From positions 2,011 to 66,010 of the forward strand of contig JADIIM010000058.1 in assembly GCA_015351705.1 (NCBI GenBank): 64,000 nucleotides of DNA, read 5' to 3'. Positions 18,382 to 27,157 of the stretch are shown here, piece after piece; positions within the stretch are counted from its first letter, which is position 1; the number at the start of each line of letters is the position of its first letter. This DNA is from Aeromicrobium sp. (GTDB lineage: Bacteria; Actinomycetota; Coriobacteriia; Anaerosomatales; Anaerosomataceae). The translations under genes and the position numbers were made by a program. The notes under the pieces are model-generated. The model was not told where the DNA came from. It made no database searches and saw nothing but the letters and a program-made list of their open reading frames with translations.

Positions 18382-19536
18382 TCACTGACCGACGGGCACG
18401 ATGACCTCGGCATGTACCGAGGCCACTCCGCCGAACCCGAGTGCCTGAGCGGCGGCCTTGGACAGATCGAGGTCTCTGCCGGCGATGAAGGGGCCGCGGT
18501 CGTTGACGTAGACGATCACTCGTCGTTCGCCGCGGGTGAGGGCGAGCACGGTCCCGAACGGGAGTGTCCGTGACGCGCACGTGAGGTCGTTCTCGTTGAA
18601 CACCTGGCCCGAGGCGGTGGTCCGGCCGTGGAAGCCCGGTCCGTACCAGCTGCACACCGCGGTCCACGACGTGCCTGTCGACCGGTAGGTCCGCGGCATG
18701 TACGCCGAGCACACGTACGTGAGGCCCGCGTACGGATCGACCGTGGCCGTCGCTCGAGGGATCTGGGTGCCGAGGGGCACCGATGACGACTGCCATTGAC
18801 TGCGGGTCTGTGCATTGAGCCGTCGTGTGGCAGCCAGGGCCTCGCGGGCCTCGGCAGTGAGCTTGGCGACGAGCTCCTCCTGCTGCGCACGCGCTCGCGT
18901 GAGTGCGGTCGCGCGCTCGTCGAGAACGCGCTGCAGTTCGCGGTCCTGGGCCATGAGCTCCTCGAGCTGCGTCACCTGATACGCGGCGTCAGCGGCGGCG
19001 ACGCTGAGGTCCGACACGATGCGTCCGTCATCCTCGGCGAGCCGGGTGAGCACTGACGCGCGGGCGAAGAAGTCCGAGATGGTGTCGGCGGTGAGCAGGA
19101 TCGACAACGGGTCCACGGCACCACGCTTGTACACCTCCACGAGGCGTCCCCGGTAGCGTGTCCTCGCCTCGTCGAGGCGGGCCTGTGCGGCCTCGACCTC
19201 GGTACGTTGTCGGCGGATGCGGTCAGCGGTCACCCCCACGCGTTCGGCCAGGGCCAGCCGATCGGCCTCGAGGGCCTCGATCTCGTCCTCGAGCTCGATC
19301 GCGCGCGCGGTGGCCTCATCGAGCTCGCCCTGCACACGGCGGTAGTCCTCGGAGAGCCCGGTGAGCGGGACGCTCGGTGAAGCGGGCGCGGTGGCCTGCG
19401 TGGAGGCAGAGACCTCCGAAGAGGGGAGCGGGTCGGAGGGTGCCGCCGCCGCCCTGGGCGTGTGTGGCGCCAGGGTCGCGGTGAGCACGAGCGCGACCGA
19501 TGCGGTGGCGATCTTCAGTGCGTGGTGCGTCATCAT
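18382..19536 (-). CDS. Secreted coiled-coil protein with C-terminal RlpA-like double-psi beta-barrel (lytic transglycosylase-like) domain
   Basis: ORF trimmed to the ATG at 19536 (MMTHHALKIATASVALVLTA signal). It has a long Ala/Glu/Arg/Leu coiled coil. The C-terminus reads CSWYGPGFHGRTTASGQVFNENDLTCASRTLPFGT..VYVNDRGPFIAGRDLDLSKAAA. Confidence 0.85.
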   Translation of the reverse strand: MMTHHALKIATASVALVLTATLAPHTPRAAAAPSDPLPSSEVSASTQATAPASPSVPLTGLSEDYRRVQGELDEATARAIELEDEIEALEADRLALAERVGVTADRIRRQRTEVEAAQARLDEARTRYRGRLVEVYKRGAVDPLSILLTADTISDFFARASVLTRLAEDDGRIVSDLSVAAADAAYQVTQLEELMAQDRELQRVLDERATALTRARAQQEELVAKLTAEAREALAATRRLNAQTRSQWQSSSVPLGTQIPRATATVDPYAGLTYVCSAYMPRTYRSTGTSWTAVCSWYGPGFHGRTTASGQVFNENDLTCASRTLPFGTVLALTRGERRVIVYVNDRGPFIAGRDLDLSKAAAQALGFGGVASVHAEVIVPVGQ

Positions 19537-19572
19537 CGCTCCGATCGCGGCCGTTCTGTGACGCGTTTCCAC

Positions 19573-19611
19573 ATGGTACCAGAAGGCTCCGACACCGTCG
19601 TGTGGTACAAT
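19573..19611. promoter_or_regulatory. Back-to-back divergent extended -10 elements (TGGTACCAT on the minus strand, TGGTACAAT on the plus strand)
   Basis: The plus strand at 19603-19611 is TGGTACAAT. The reverse complement of 19573-19581 is TGGTACCAT. Each lies upstream of one of the two divergent hydrolase genes. Confidence 0.4.
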
Positions 19612-19683
19612 CCGCAGGTAGCGGGCCTGTCCGCGGGCTCGCGGACCTCTGGACGCAGCCCGACGACACAGCACGGAGGAGCG

Positions 19684-20808
19684 ATGCGGGACGTGGACGC
19701 ACGCAGACGCCTGCGGATCCCCCTTACGATCATCCTCGCGGCCGCGCTGTGCGCGCCGGTCGTTCCTGCGATCGCGACCCCGAGCACTCCTGAGATCGAC
19801 GCACGCAGGGCCGAGGCGGCCGAGGCGCGCACCGCGCTCGACCAGATGAACGTGGAGCTCGAGGAGCGCATCGAGGAGTACAACGCCATCGCCGAGGCGC
19901 TGGACGGTACGCGCGAGCGTATCCGTGAGGTCCGGGCGGACCTCGACTGCGCAGAGGTCGATCTAGAGGACGCACGCGCCACACTCGGCAGGCGAGCGGC
20001 GAACATCTACAAGGACGGCGGATCGGGCGTGCTCGACGTCTTCTTAGGCGCGCGGAGCTTCCAGGAATTCCTCGTGCGCATGGACCTCGCCGTACGGATC
20101 AACCGCTCGGACGCCGAGACCGTCGCGGCGGTCAAAGAGGCCAAGGCCCGTGTCGAGGCGCTCGCAGCCGCGCTCGAGCAGCGCGAGGCGGAGCAGATCG
20201 CGCTCAAAGGTGAGGCCGAGGCACGGGCGCGCGACATCGAGGCCGACATCACCGCACAGGAGCGCTATGTGGCGTCGCTGGACCAGGCCGTCAGGCAGCT
20301 CATCGCCGAGGAGGAGGAGCGCCAACGCCTTCTGGCCGAGGAGCGCGCTCGGGCCGCCGCTGAGCGGGCAGCAAGCACTCCAGCATCCGGTGGCAGGCCC
20401 GCCGACGATGTCGCGCAGCTCGGGTCCGGACATCCGGAGGTCGTCGGTATCGCACTGCAGTATCTGGGCGTCCCGTACGTGTGGGGCGGCTCGAGCCCGG
20501 CGGGTTTCGACTGTTCCGGTCTCACCAGCTACTGCTACCGGCAGATCGGCATCAGTCTCCCGCGCACCAGCGCCAGCCAGTACCGGGTCGGGCGGCACAT
20601 CGCCCCCGACCGAGTCGACCTGCTTGTGCCGGGTGACCTGGTGTTCTTCGGTAGGAACGGCGACCCTGACCGGGTCCATCACGTAGGTATCTACGTTGGC
20701 GACGGGAACTACGTGCATGCGCCGCAGACCGGCGATGTGGTGAAGGTGTCATCGCTCACCGAGCGGATCTCCAGCCGCGGTGACTACGTCGGGGCGTCGC
20801 GCCTCTGA
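19684..20808 (+). CDS. Secreted coiled-coil protein with C-terminal NlpC/P60 peptidoglycan endopeptidase domain (RipA/CwlO-like architecture)
   Basis: ORF trimmed to the ATG at 19684, after GGAGGAG. It has a signal peptide and a coiled coil. The C-terminus reads GVPYVWGGSSPAGFDCSGL..HHVGIYVGDGNYVHAP, giving the Cys/His catalytic pair. Confidence 0.88.
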   Translation: MRDVDARRRLRIPLTIILAAALCAPVVPAIATPSTPEIDARRAEAAEARTALDQMNVELEERIEEYNAIAEALDGTRERIREVRADLDCAEVDLEDARATLGRRAANIYKDGGSGVLDVFLGARSFQEFLVRMDLAVRINRSDAETVAAVKEAKARVEALAAALEQREAEQIALKGEAEARARDIEADITAQERYVASLDQAVRQLIAEEEERQRLLAEERARAAAERAASTPASGGRPADDVAQLGSGHPEVVGIALQYLGVPYVWGGSSPAGFDCSGLTSYCYRQIGISLPRTSASQYRVGRHIAPDRVDLLVPGDLVFFGRNGDPDRVHHVGIYVGDGNYVHAPQTGDVVKVSSLTERISSRGDYVGASRL

Positions 20809-20861
20809 CGGGACCGTCCGAAGACGCTGTCGCAGCACCTCCAATGCATCGCTGCTGTGCT

Positions 20862-20878
20862 ATGATTCAGCGAATCAT
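20862..20878. promoter_or_regulatory. 17-bp perfect palindrome ATGATTC-AGC-GAATCAT overlapping a TGcTATGAT extended -10 upstream of iorA (candidate operator)
   Basis: Read directly from the sequence. The 7-bp arms are perfect. It lies 36 nt upstream of the iorA start. Confidence 0.4.
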
Positions 20879-20913
20879 CGCATCTCAGGCACCCTATCCG
20901 TTCGGAGGTGTTC

Positions 20914-22662
20914 GTGGCGCATACCCTGATGTCGGGCAACGAGGCGGTGGCCCGCGGCGCATGGGAGGCGGGCGTCGCGGTGGGCGTCGGCTATCCCGGT
21001 ACGCCGTCGACCGAGGTCCTTGAGAATCTCGTGCGCTACGACCACGTGCGATGCGAGTGGGCGCCCAACGAGAAGGTCGCCGCCGAGGTCGCCGGGGGCG
21101 TATCGCTTGGCGGCAAGCGCTCACTGGTGACCATGAAGCACGTCGGGTTGAACGTGGCGTCAGACGTCCTCTACACGCAGGCGTACACGGGCGTCACCGG
21201 TGGGCTGGTGTACCTGGTCGCCGACGACCCGGGCATGCACAGCTCGCAGAACGAGCAGGACACGCGCAACCATGCTGCTGCCGCTCACGTACCGGTCCTG
21301 GAGCCCTCGGACAGTCAGGAATCGTACGAGTTCATGCGGCTTGCGTTCGAGATCTCCGAGTCGTTCGACACGCCGGTGATCGTCCGGATGACCACGCGGG
21401 TCAGCCACGGCAAGTCGCTCGTGGAAGGCGCCGAGCGCATGGAGCCGGAGCCGACGCCGTACGCCCGCCGTCCCGCGAAGTACGTCATGATGCCCGGCAA
21501 CGCGCGCGTCCGGCGTGGGGACGTTGCCGATCGTATGGCGCGCCTCGCGGGGTTCGCGGAGGCCACACCGGTCAACCGGGTCGAGATGCGTGGCACGTCG
21601 CTCGGGGTCGTGACCTCGGGTGTCGTGTATCAGTACGTCCGCGAAGCGCTGCCCGAGGCCTCGGTGCTCAAGCTGGGCATGGTACACCCGCTGCCCATGG
21701 ACCTGATCCTCGACTTCAGCTCGAGGGTAGAGCGGGTCGCGGTGATCGAGGAACTCGACCCGTGGTTGAGCCTTAGGCTCCACGCTGCGGGGATCGAGCT
21801 CGTCGAGACGGGCCTCCCGGTCGCTGGCGAGCTCAGTCCGGCCGTCATCGGCGCGGCTTTCGGTCACGGTTCGCCCGAGGTCCGGGCGGCGATACCCGAC
21901 CTGCCGCCACGTCCGCCGCTGATGTGTCCGGGGTGTCCGCATCGCGGGGTCTTCCATGGCCTCGCTGCGATGAGAGCCGTGGTGACGGGAGACATCGGCT
22001 GCTACACGCTGGCTGCGCTGCCGCCGCTCTCGGCGATGGACAGCTGCGTGTGCATGGGCGCGAGCGTCGGCATGGCGCGCGGTATGGAGCTTGCGGCATC
22101 GACCGATCGCCCGGTCGTGGCGGTCATCGGCGACTCCACGTTCGCGCACTCCGGTCTCACCGGCCTACTCCACATGGCGTACACGGGCAGTCATGGCACC
22201 GTTGTGGTGCTCGACAACCGGACGACCGCGATGACCGGACACCAGGGCAATCCCGTCTCAGGAGTGGCCTGCGACGGAGGGCCGGCTCCCGAGGTCGACC
22301 TTGAGGCGCTCTGCCGTGCTCTCGGCGCTGAGTCCGTTCGTGTGGTCGACCCGCATGACCTCGGAGCCACGCGTACCGCTCTCGAGGAGGAGACGGCGGC
22401 GGCGCACCTGAGCGTGATCATCGCCAAGGCGCCGTGTGCGCTGCTCATCAAGGACCCGAAGGACCCGTACGCCGTCGACGAGGAGCTTTGCACGAAGTGC
22501 GGTGCGTGCATCCGGCTCGGGTGTCCGGCCATCTCCAAGGACGACGACGGCCGTGCCGTGATCGACACGGCGCTATGCGTCGGCTGTGCCCAGTGTGTCC
22601 AGGTCTGCCGGTTCGACGCGATCGTGCAGGTCGGGCCATCGTGCGACATCGGAGGTGTGTGA
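20914..22662 (+). CDS. iorA: Indolepyruvate:ferredoxin oxidoreductase alpha subunit
   Basis: TPP-type GDSTFAHSG. Two ferredoxin-type clusters: CTKCGACIRLGCP and CVGCAQCVQVC. Length about 582 aa. The GTG at 20914 lies 6 nt after GGAGG; an alternative start is at 20908. Confidence 0.9.
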   Translation: MAHTLMSGNEAVARGAWEAGVAVGVGYPGTPSTEVLENLVRYDHVRCEWAPNEKVAAEVAGGVSLGGKRSLVTMKHVGLNVASDVLYTQAYTGVTGGLVYLVADDPGMHSSQNEQDTRNHAAAAHVPVLEPSDSQESYEFMRLAFEISESFDTPVIVRMTTRVSHGKSLVEGAERMEPEPTPYARRPAKYVMMPGNARVRRGDVADRMARLAGFAEATPVNRVEMRGTSLGVVTSGVVYQYVREALPEASVLKLGMVHPLPMDLILDFSSRVERVAVIEELDPWLSLRLHAAGIELVETGLPVAGELSPAVIGAAFGHGSPEVRAAIPDLPPRPPLMCPGCPHRGVFHGLAAMRAVVTGDIGCYTLAALPPLSAMDSCVCMGASVGMARGMELAASTDRPVVAVIGDSTFAHSGLTGLLHMAYTGSHGTVVVLDNRTTAMTGHQGNPVSGVACDGGPAPEVDLEALCRALGAESVRVVDPHDLGATRTALEEETAAAHLSVIIAKAPCALLIKDPKDPYAVDEELCTKCGACIRLGCPAISKDDDGRAVIDTALCVGCAQCVQVCRFDAIVQVGPSCDIGGV

Positions 22663-23252
22663 TGGGTGCCACGACGGTCGTTCTCGCCGGCGTCGGCGGG
22701 CAAGGCACGATCCTGGCCGGGGATGTCCTGGCCAAGGTGGCGGTGGCCGAGGGTCACGATGTCAAGCTCTCCGAGGTCCACGGGATGGCGCAGCGCGGCG
22801 GCTCGGTGGACACGGTGGTGCGCTTCGGGGAAGAGGTCCTGTCCCCGGTCGTCGATCGCGGCGTGGCGGACCACCTCATCGCGTTCGAGTTGACCGAGGG
22901 CGCCCGCGCGCTGCCGTATCTCCGACCCGGCGGCACGCTCATCGTGAACAGGCGGGTGGTCGCCCCTCTGCCGGTCATGATCGGTGACCTGCCGTATCCC
23001 GAGGGACTGGAGGCGGCGCTCATCGCGGAGAGCGCTGTGATGCTGGATGCCGAGGCGCTTGCGTGCGAGGCGGGCAGCCCTCGTTCTGCCAACGTCGTGC
23101 TGCTGGGAGCCGCGTCCTACGCGCTGCCGTTCTCGGCCGAGACGTGGGCTGGCGTGATAGAGCAGCGCGTGCCCCCGAAGACGGTGGAAGCGAACCTGCG
23201 TGCGTTCGCGCTCGGCAGGGACGCGTGTGCGGAAGGAGTCTGTGCGCTATGA
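22662..23252 (+). CDS. iorB: Indolepyruvate:ferredoxin oxidoreductase beta subunit
   Basis: ORF trimmed to the ATG at 22662, which overlaps the iorA TGA. Sequence VVLAGVGGQGTILAGDVLA..LSEVHGMAQRGGSV. Confidence 0.9.
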   Translation: MGATTVVLAGVGGQGTILAGDVLAKVAVAEGHDVKLSEVHGMAQRGGSVDTVVRFGEEVLSPVVDRGVADHLIAFELTEGARALPYLRPGGTLIVNRRVVAPLPVMIGDLPYPEGLEAALIAESAVMLDAEALACEAGSPRSANVVLLGAASYALPFSAETWAGVIEQRVPPKTVEANLRAFALGRDACAEGVCAL

Positions 23253-23683
23253 GCGAGCGACCGGTGGTCAAGCAGCTGTCGGTCTTCATCGCCAACGAGT
23301 CGGGGCGGGTGAGCGAGGTCACGGGGCTGCTCGGCGAGCACGGCATCAACATCCGTGGGTTCTCGGTCTCCGACACCGCCGAGTACGGCATCCTGCGGCT
23401 GGTGGTGGACCGGCCCGCCGACGCCCGCGACGTTCTGCGCCAGGCAAGCTTCACGGTGCGTGAGGACGACGTCATCTGCATCGACCTCCCGGACCGCCCC
23501 GGTGGCCTTGCCGGAGTGCTGAAGGTCGTTGCCGAGGCGGGAGTGAACATCGAGTACGTCTACTCGTTGGTCTCGACCTTCGTCGTGATCAACGTGGCGG
23601 ATGTGGACCGTGCGCTTCATCTGCTGGGTGACCGGCCGGTGAAGCTGATGTCGCAGGCAGACATCGCCGCGGTCCATCTATGA
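23249..23683 (+). CDS. ACT-domain protein, copy 2
   Basis: ORF trimmed to the ATG at 23249, which overlaps the iorB stop. VKQLSVFIANESGRVSEVTGLLGEHGINIRGF and ICIDLPDRPGGLAGVLKVVAEAGVNIEY. Paralogue of 6634..7068. Confidence 0.8.
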   Translation: MSERPVVKQLSVFIANESGRVSEVTGLLGEHGINIRGFSVSDTAEYGILRLVVDRPADARDVLRQASFTVREDDVICIDLPDRPGGLAGVLKVVAEAGVNIEYVYSLVSTFVVINVADVDRALHLLGDRPVKLMSQADIAAVHL

Positions 23684-23756
23684 CAGGGGTAAGGGCCCGT
23701 GGCCGTGGCACTGGGGGGCGGTAGCGGGCGCATGACGGAGAAGGAGGGTGAGGAGC

Positions 23757-24965
23757 ATGCGCAAGAGACTGTGGGTGATGTCGGCGCTGGCACTCGTCCT
23801 CGTGCTCGTCAGTGCGCCGCTCGGAGGGTGCGCAACGACGGGTGACGGGGAAGAGGCGCCGGACGGGGGCGGTGAAGGTGCCGGGAAGGAGCCGTACGTC
23901 GTCGGTGCGGTGCTGTCGCTGACCGGCGCGCAGTCCGCGCTCGGCGTGCCCGAGAAGAACGCGATCGACCTCGAAGTGGCGCGCATCAACGCCGAGGGCG
24001 GCATCAACGGGCATCCACTTGAGGTCATCATCGAAGACGACGCGAGCGACGTGGACCAGGCGATCGCACGGACCACGAAGCTGATCGAGCAGGACAACGT
24101 GCTCGCCATCATCGGCTCGACCGGCACCGGACAGTCGATGGCGATGCGCGAGGTGATCGCCGAGGCCGGCATCCCGCAGGTGTCTCTCGCCGGGAGCCTC
24201 ATCATCACGCAGGACTTCAGCCCGCTGGTGTTCCAGACGCCGTGGTCCAACGCGCTCGTGGTGGACGTCACGCTCGAGTACCTCGCCGACCTGGGGCTCA
24301 CCAACGTGGGTCTCATCACCGAGGACACCGGCTTCGGCAAGGACGGGCGGACGCTCGTCGCGGAGACCGCTGCCAACCACGGGCTCACGGTCGTGAGCGA
24401 CCAGGTCTTCAAGCCCGCCGACACGGACATGACCGGACAGCTCACGGTCATCAAGGGCGCAGGCGCCGATGTCGTGCTCATGTGGTCGTCGGTCGCGGCC
24501 TCTTCGATCGTGCCCAAGAACATGGCGCAGCTCGGCATGGACATACCGCTCGTCGGGAGTCACGGCATCGCCCGGCAGGAGTTCGTCGACAGTGCGGGTG
24601 CTGCCGCTGACGGCGTCGTGATGTTCGCCGGCAAGGTACTCGCTCCCGACGCTTACGGCGTCGGGACACCGAGCTACGAGGCGGCCACGAGCTTCATCGA
24701 TCGCTACGCGGAGACGTACGGTGAGCCGCCGTCGAACACGTTCGCCGGCCACGCGTACGACGGTCTCTACCTGGTGGTGGAGGCCCTCAAGCGCCTGGAT
24801 GAGGGATTCACGCCGTCGGACCTCCGGGATGAGATCGAGCGCACGTCCGGGTTCCCGGGCATCGGCGGCGTGTTCACGTTCTCGGCCACCGACCACAACG
24901 GCATGAGCGCCGATGACCTCGTGGGTTACCGTGTGACGGACGGGGCGTGGGCACTGCTTGAGTAG
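23757..24965 (+). CDS. ABC transporter substrate-binding lipoprotein, Leu/Ile/Val-binding-protein (type I PBP) family, copy 1
   Basis: Lipobox LVSAPLGGC. YVVGAVLSLTGAQSALGVPEKNAIDLEVARINAEGGINGHPLEVIIEDD is typical of the LivJ/aromatic-acid SBP family. Confidence 0.9.
   Translation: MRKRLWVMSALALVLVLVSAPLGGCATTGDGEEAPDGGGEGAGKEPYVVGAVLSLTGAQSALGVPEKNAIDLEVARINAEGGINGHPLEVIIEDDASDVDQAIARTTKLIEQDNVLAIIGSTGTGQSMAMREVIAEAGIPQVSLAGSLIITQDFSPLVFQTPWSNALVVDVTLEYLADLGLTNVGLITEDTGFGKDGRTLVAETAANHGLTVVSDQVFKPADTDMTGQLTVIKGAGADVVLMWSSVAASSIVPKNMAQLGMDIPLVGSHGIARQEFVDSAGAAADGVVMFAGKVLAPDAYGVGTPSYEAATSFIDRYAETYGEPPSNTFAGHAYDGLYLVVEALKRLDEGFTPSDLRDEIERTSGFPGIGGVFTFSATDHNGMSADDLVGYRVTDGAWALLE
23880..24905 (+). 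repeat. Tandem duplication, unit 1 (mosaic of near-identical and diverged blocks versus unit 2)
   Basis: Block 23880-24151 matches 25168-25439 at offset 1288, with about 7 mismatches in 272 nt by eye. Block 24378-24533 matches 25666-25821 with 1 mismatch seen. A 3' block near 24741-24905 matches about 26026-26190. Confidence 0.85.
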
Positions 24966-24977
24966 TGATGACGTGCG

Positions 24978-25009
24978 GTGTGGCGCATCGCGCGAGCGGT
25001 GCGCCACAC
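24978..25009 (+). terminator. 10-bp GC hairpin between the two binding-protein genes (possible attenuator or processing site)
   Basis: GTGTGGCGCA-12 nt-TGCGCCACAC, with no clear U-tract. Confidence 0.35.
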
Positions 25010-25053
25010 GCTGCGCGTTCCGGTAGGCGACATGGGACGGGGGACGTGGAGTG

Positions 25054-26250
25054 ATGGGCATGAGCAGACGTCTGGTGATCGCGGGGCTGATCGTCGCCCT
25101 CGCGCTGGGCACGGCGCTTCCCGCCGGGTGTGCTGGTGGCGACGACGCAACTGACGGCTCCGGAGACGCCGGGAAGGAGCCGTACGTCGTCGGTGCGGTG
25201 CTGTCGCTGACCGGCGCTCAGTCCGCGCTCGGCGTGCCCGAGAAGAACGCGATCGACCTCGAAGTGGCGCGCATCAACGCCGAGGGCGGCATCAACGGGC
25301 ATCCGCTCGAAGTCATCATCGAAGACGACGCGAGCGACGTGGACCAGGCCATCGCGCGGACCACGAAGCTGATCGAGCAGGACAACGTGCTCGCCATCAT
25401 CGGCTCGACCGGCACCGGGCAGTCGATGGCGATGCGCGACGAGATCAACCTCGCGCAGGTCCCACAGGTTGCCCTTGGCAGTGGCGCGATCATCAGCCGG
25501 GAGCTCGACCCGTGGGTGTTCCAGACGCCATGGACGGCCGATCTCATCGTGCCGCTCGCGCTCGAGTACCTCGCCGACCAGGGGCTCACCAACGTGGGTC
25601 TCATCACCGAGGACACCGGCTTCGGCAAGGACGGCCGCGAGTTGATCGGTGCGACAGCCGCCGACCACGGGCTCACGGTCGTGAGCGACCAGGTCTTCAA
25701 GCCCGCCGACACGGACATGACCGGACAGCTCACGGTCATCAAGGGCGCAGGCGCCGATGTGGTGCTCATGTGGTCGTCGGTCGCGGCCTCTTCGATCGTG
25801 CCCAAGAACATGGCGCAGCTCAACCTCGGCATCCCGCTCGTGTGCAGCCACGGTGTGGCGAAGCAGGAGTTCATCGATGGCGCCGGTGAGGCCGGGGAGG
25901 GCGTTCTCGCGTTCGCCGGCAAGGTGCTTGCCCCTGAGACGTACGGAGTCGGCACGCCGAGCTATGAGGCGGCCACGGGCTTCGTGGAGCGCTACACGGA
26001 GGCCTACGGCGTCGCCCCCGACCACTTTGCGGGCCACGCGTACGACGGTCTCTACCTGGTGGTCGAGGCCCTCAAGCGCCTGGACGAGGGATTCACGCCC
26101 TCGGACCTCCGGGACGAGATCGAGCGCACCTCCGGGTTCCCCGGCATCGGCGGCGTGTTCACGTTCTCGGCCACGGATCACAACGGCATGACCAGCGACG
26201 ACATCGTGATGTACCGTATCGAGGGTGGGGCGTGGGTCCTCGCCGAGTAG
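25054..26250 (+). CDS. ABC transporter substrate-binding lipoprotein, LivJ family, copy 2 (tandem paralogue)
   Basis: Lipobox LPAGC. It shares long blocks with copy 1 that are identical at protein level and near-identical at DNA level. Start is ATG 25054 or 25060. Confidence 0.9.
   Translation: MGMSRRLVIAGLIVALALGTALPAGCAGGDDATDGSGDAGKEPYVVGAVLSLTGAQSALGVPEKNAIDLEVARINAEGGINGHPLEVIIEDDASDVDQAIARTTKLIEQDNVLAIIGSTGTGQSMAMRDEINLAQVPQVALGSGAIISRELDPWVFQTPWTADLIVPLALEYLADQGLTNVGLITEDTGFGKDGRELIGATAADHGLTVVSDQVFKPADTDMTGQLTVIKGAGADVVLMWSSVAASSIVPKNMAQLNLGIPLVCSHGVAKQEFIDGAGEAGEGVLAFAGKVLAPETYGVGTPSYEAATGFVERYTEAYGVAPDHFAGHAYDGLYLVVEALKRLDEGFTPSDLRDEIERTSGFPGIGGVFTFSATDHNGMTSDDIVMYRIEGGAWVLAE
25168..26190 (+). 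repeat. Tandem duplication, unit 2
   Basis: See unit 1. The same reading frame and constant offset of 1288 nt hold through the first two blocks. Confidence 0.85.
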
Positions 26251-26277
26251 GCGCCGAGACGAGCGGAGCGTGACCGG

Positions 26278-27156
26278 TTGGAAGCTTCCGAGCTGCTGCA
26301 GCTCGTCATAGCGGGCCTCAAGAACGGCTCGATCTACGCGTTGCTCGCGCTCGGCTTCACGATCGTCTACGCGGCGACCAACGTCATCAACTTCGCGCAA
26401 GGTGAGTTCTACATGCTCGGGGGCATGCTCGCGGTGTTCGCGTTCAGCGGCCTGAACGTGCCGCTGGTGGCTGCCGTCGCGCTGGCGGTCGTGACCGTGG
26501 CGGGCATCGGGGCGCTGTTCGAGCGGCTTGCCATACGTCCACGCAAGGATGCCGACCCCATGGCGCTCATCATCATCACGGTGGGCGGTTCGCTGGTGTT
26601 CGCCTCCGTCGCGCGTCATCTGTTCGGCAGTGACGCGCTACCGCTCCCGGAGTTCACTCCCGGCCCGTCGTTTGTGTTCGCCGGTGCTGCGATCGAGCGC
26701 CAGACGATCTGGATCTGGGTGATCGTGACCGCAACGGTCATCGGGTTGACGCTGCTGTACAACCGGACTCGGCTCGGACGTGCGATGCGTGCGTGCATGG
26801 AGAACCGTGAGGCTGCGCGGCTGATGGGCATCGACACGGCGCGGGTCGTCATGGTGAGCTTCGCGCTCGCCGCAGCGCTCGGCGCGCTCGCAGGGGTGGC
26901 GGTCACGCCGCTCACATCCACCCGGTTCGACATCGGTGCGGGGATCGCGGTGAAAGGCTTCGCTGCCGCCATCCTCGGCGGTCTCGGCAGTCCGCTCGCG
27001 GCGGTAGCGGGAGGACTGCTTCTGGGTCTGATCGAGCAGGCCGTGATCCCGTTCTCGTCGGTGCTGAAGGATGTCGTGGCCCTCGCGGTGCTGCTCCTCG
27101 TGCTGTTCGTGCGGCCCCAGGGCCTGTTCCGGCGCACTCGCAAGGAGAAGGTGTAG
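26278..27156 (+). CDS. livH: Branched-chain-amino-acid-type ABC transporter permease (LivH family)
   Basis: LLQLVIAGLKNGSIYALLALGFTIVYAATNVINFAQGEFYMLG. TTG start. Confidence 0.88.
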   Translation: MEASELLQLVIAGLKNGSIYALLALGFTIVYAATNVINFAQGEFYMLGGMLAVFAFSGLNVPLVAAVALAVVTVAGIGALFERLAIRPRKDADPMALIIITVGGSLVFASVARHLFGSDALPLPEFTPGPSFVFAGAAIERQTIWIWVIVTATVIGLTLLYNRTRLGRAMRACMENREAARLMGIDTARVVMVSFALAAALGALAGVAVTPLTSTRFDIGAGIAVKGFAAAILGGLGSPLAAVAGGLLLGLIEQAVIPFSSVLKDVVALAVLLLVLFVRPQGLFRRTRKEKV

Positions 27157-27157
27157 C

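Noticed and set aside
19537-19683. c-di-AMP (ydaO-type) riboswitch, which is common upstream of actinobacterial cell-wall hydrolases
   Set aside because: The whole divergent intergenic region is 147 nt and must hold two promoters. The remaining leaders are about 30 and 70 nt, and I see none of the conserved ydaO segments.
23589-26619. Two long minus-strand ORFs (507 and 581 aa) that resemble each other
   Set aside because: They are antisense to the two substrate-binding-protein genes. Their mutual similarity simply reflects the tandem duplication on the plus strand. Composition is Arg/Asp/His-rich, and no RBS or motif is evident.
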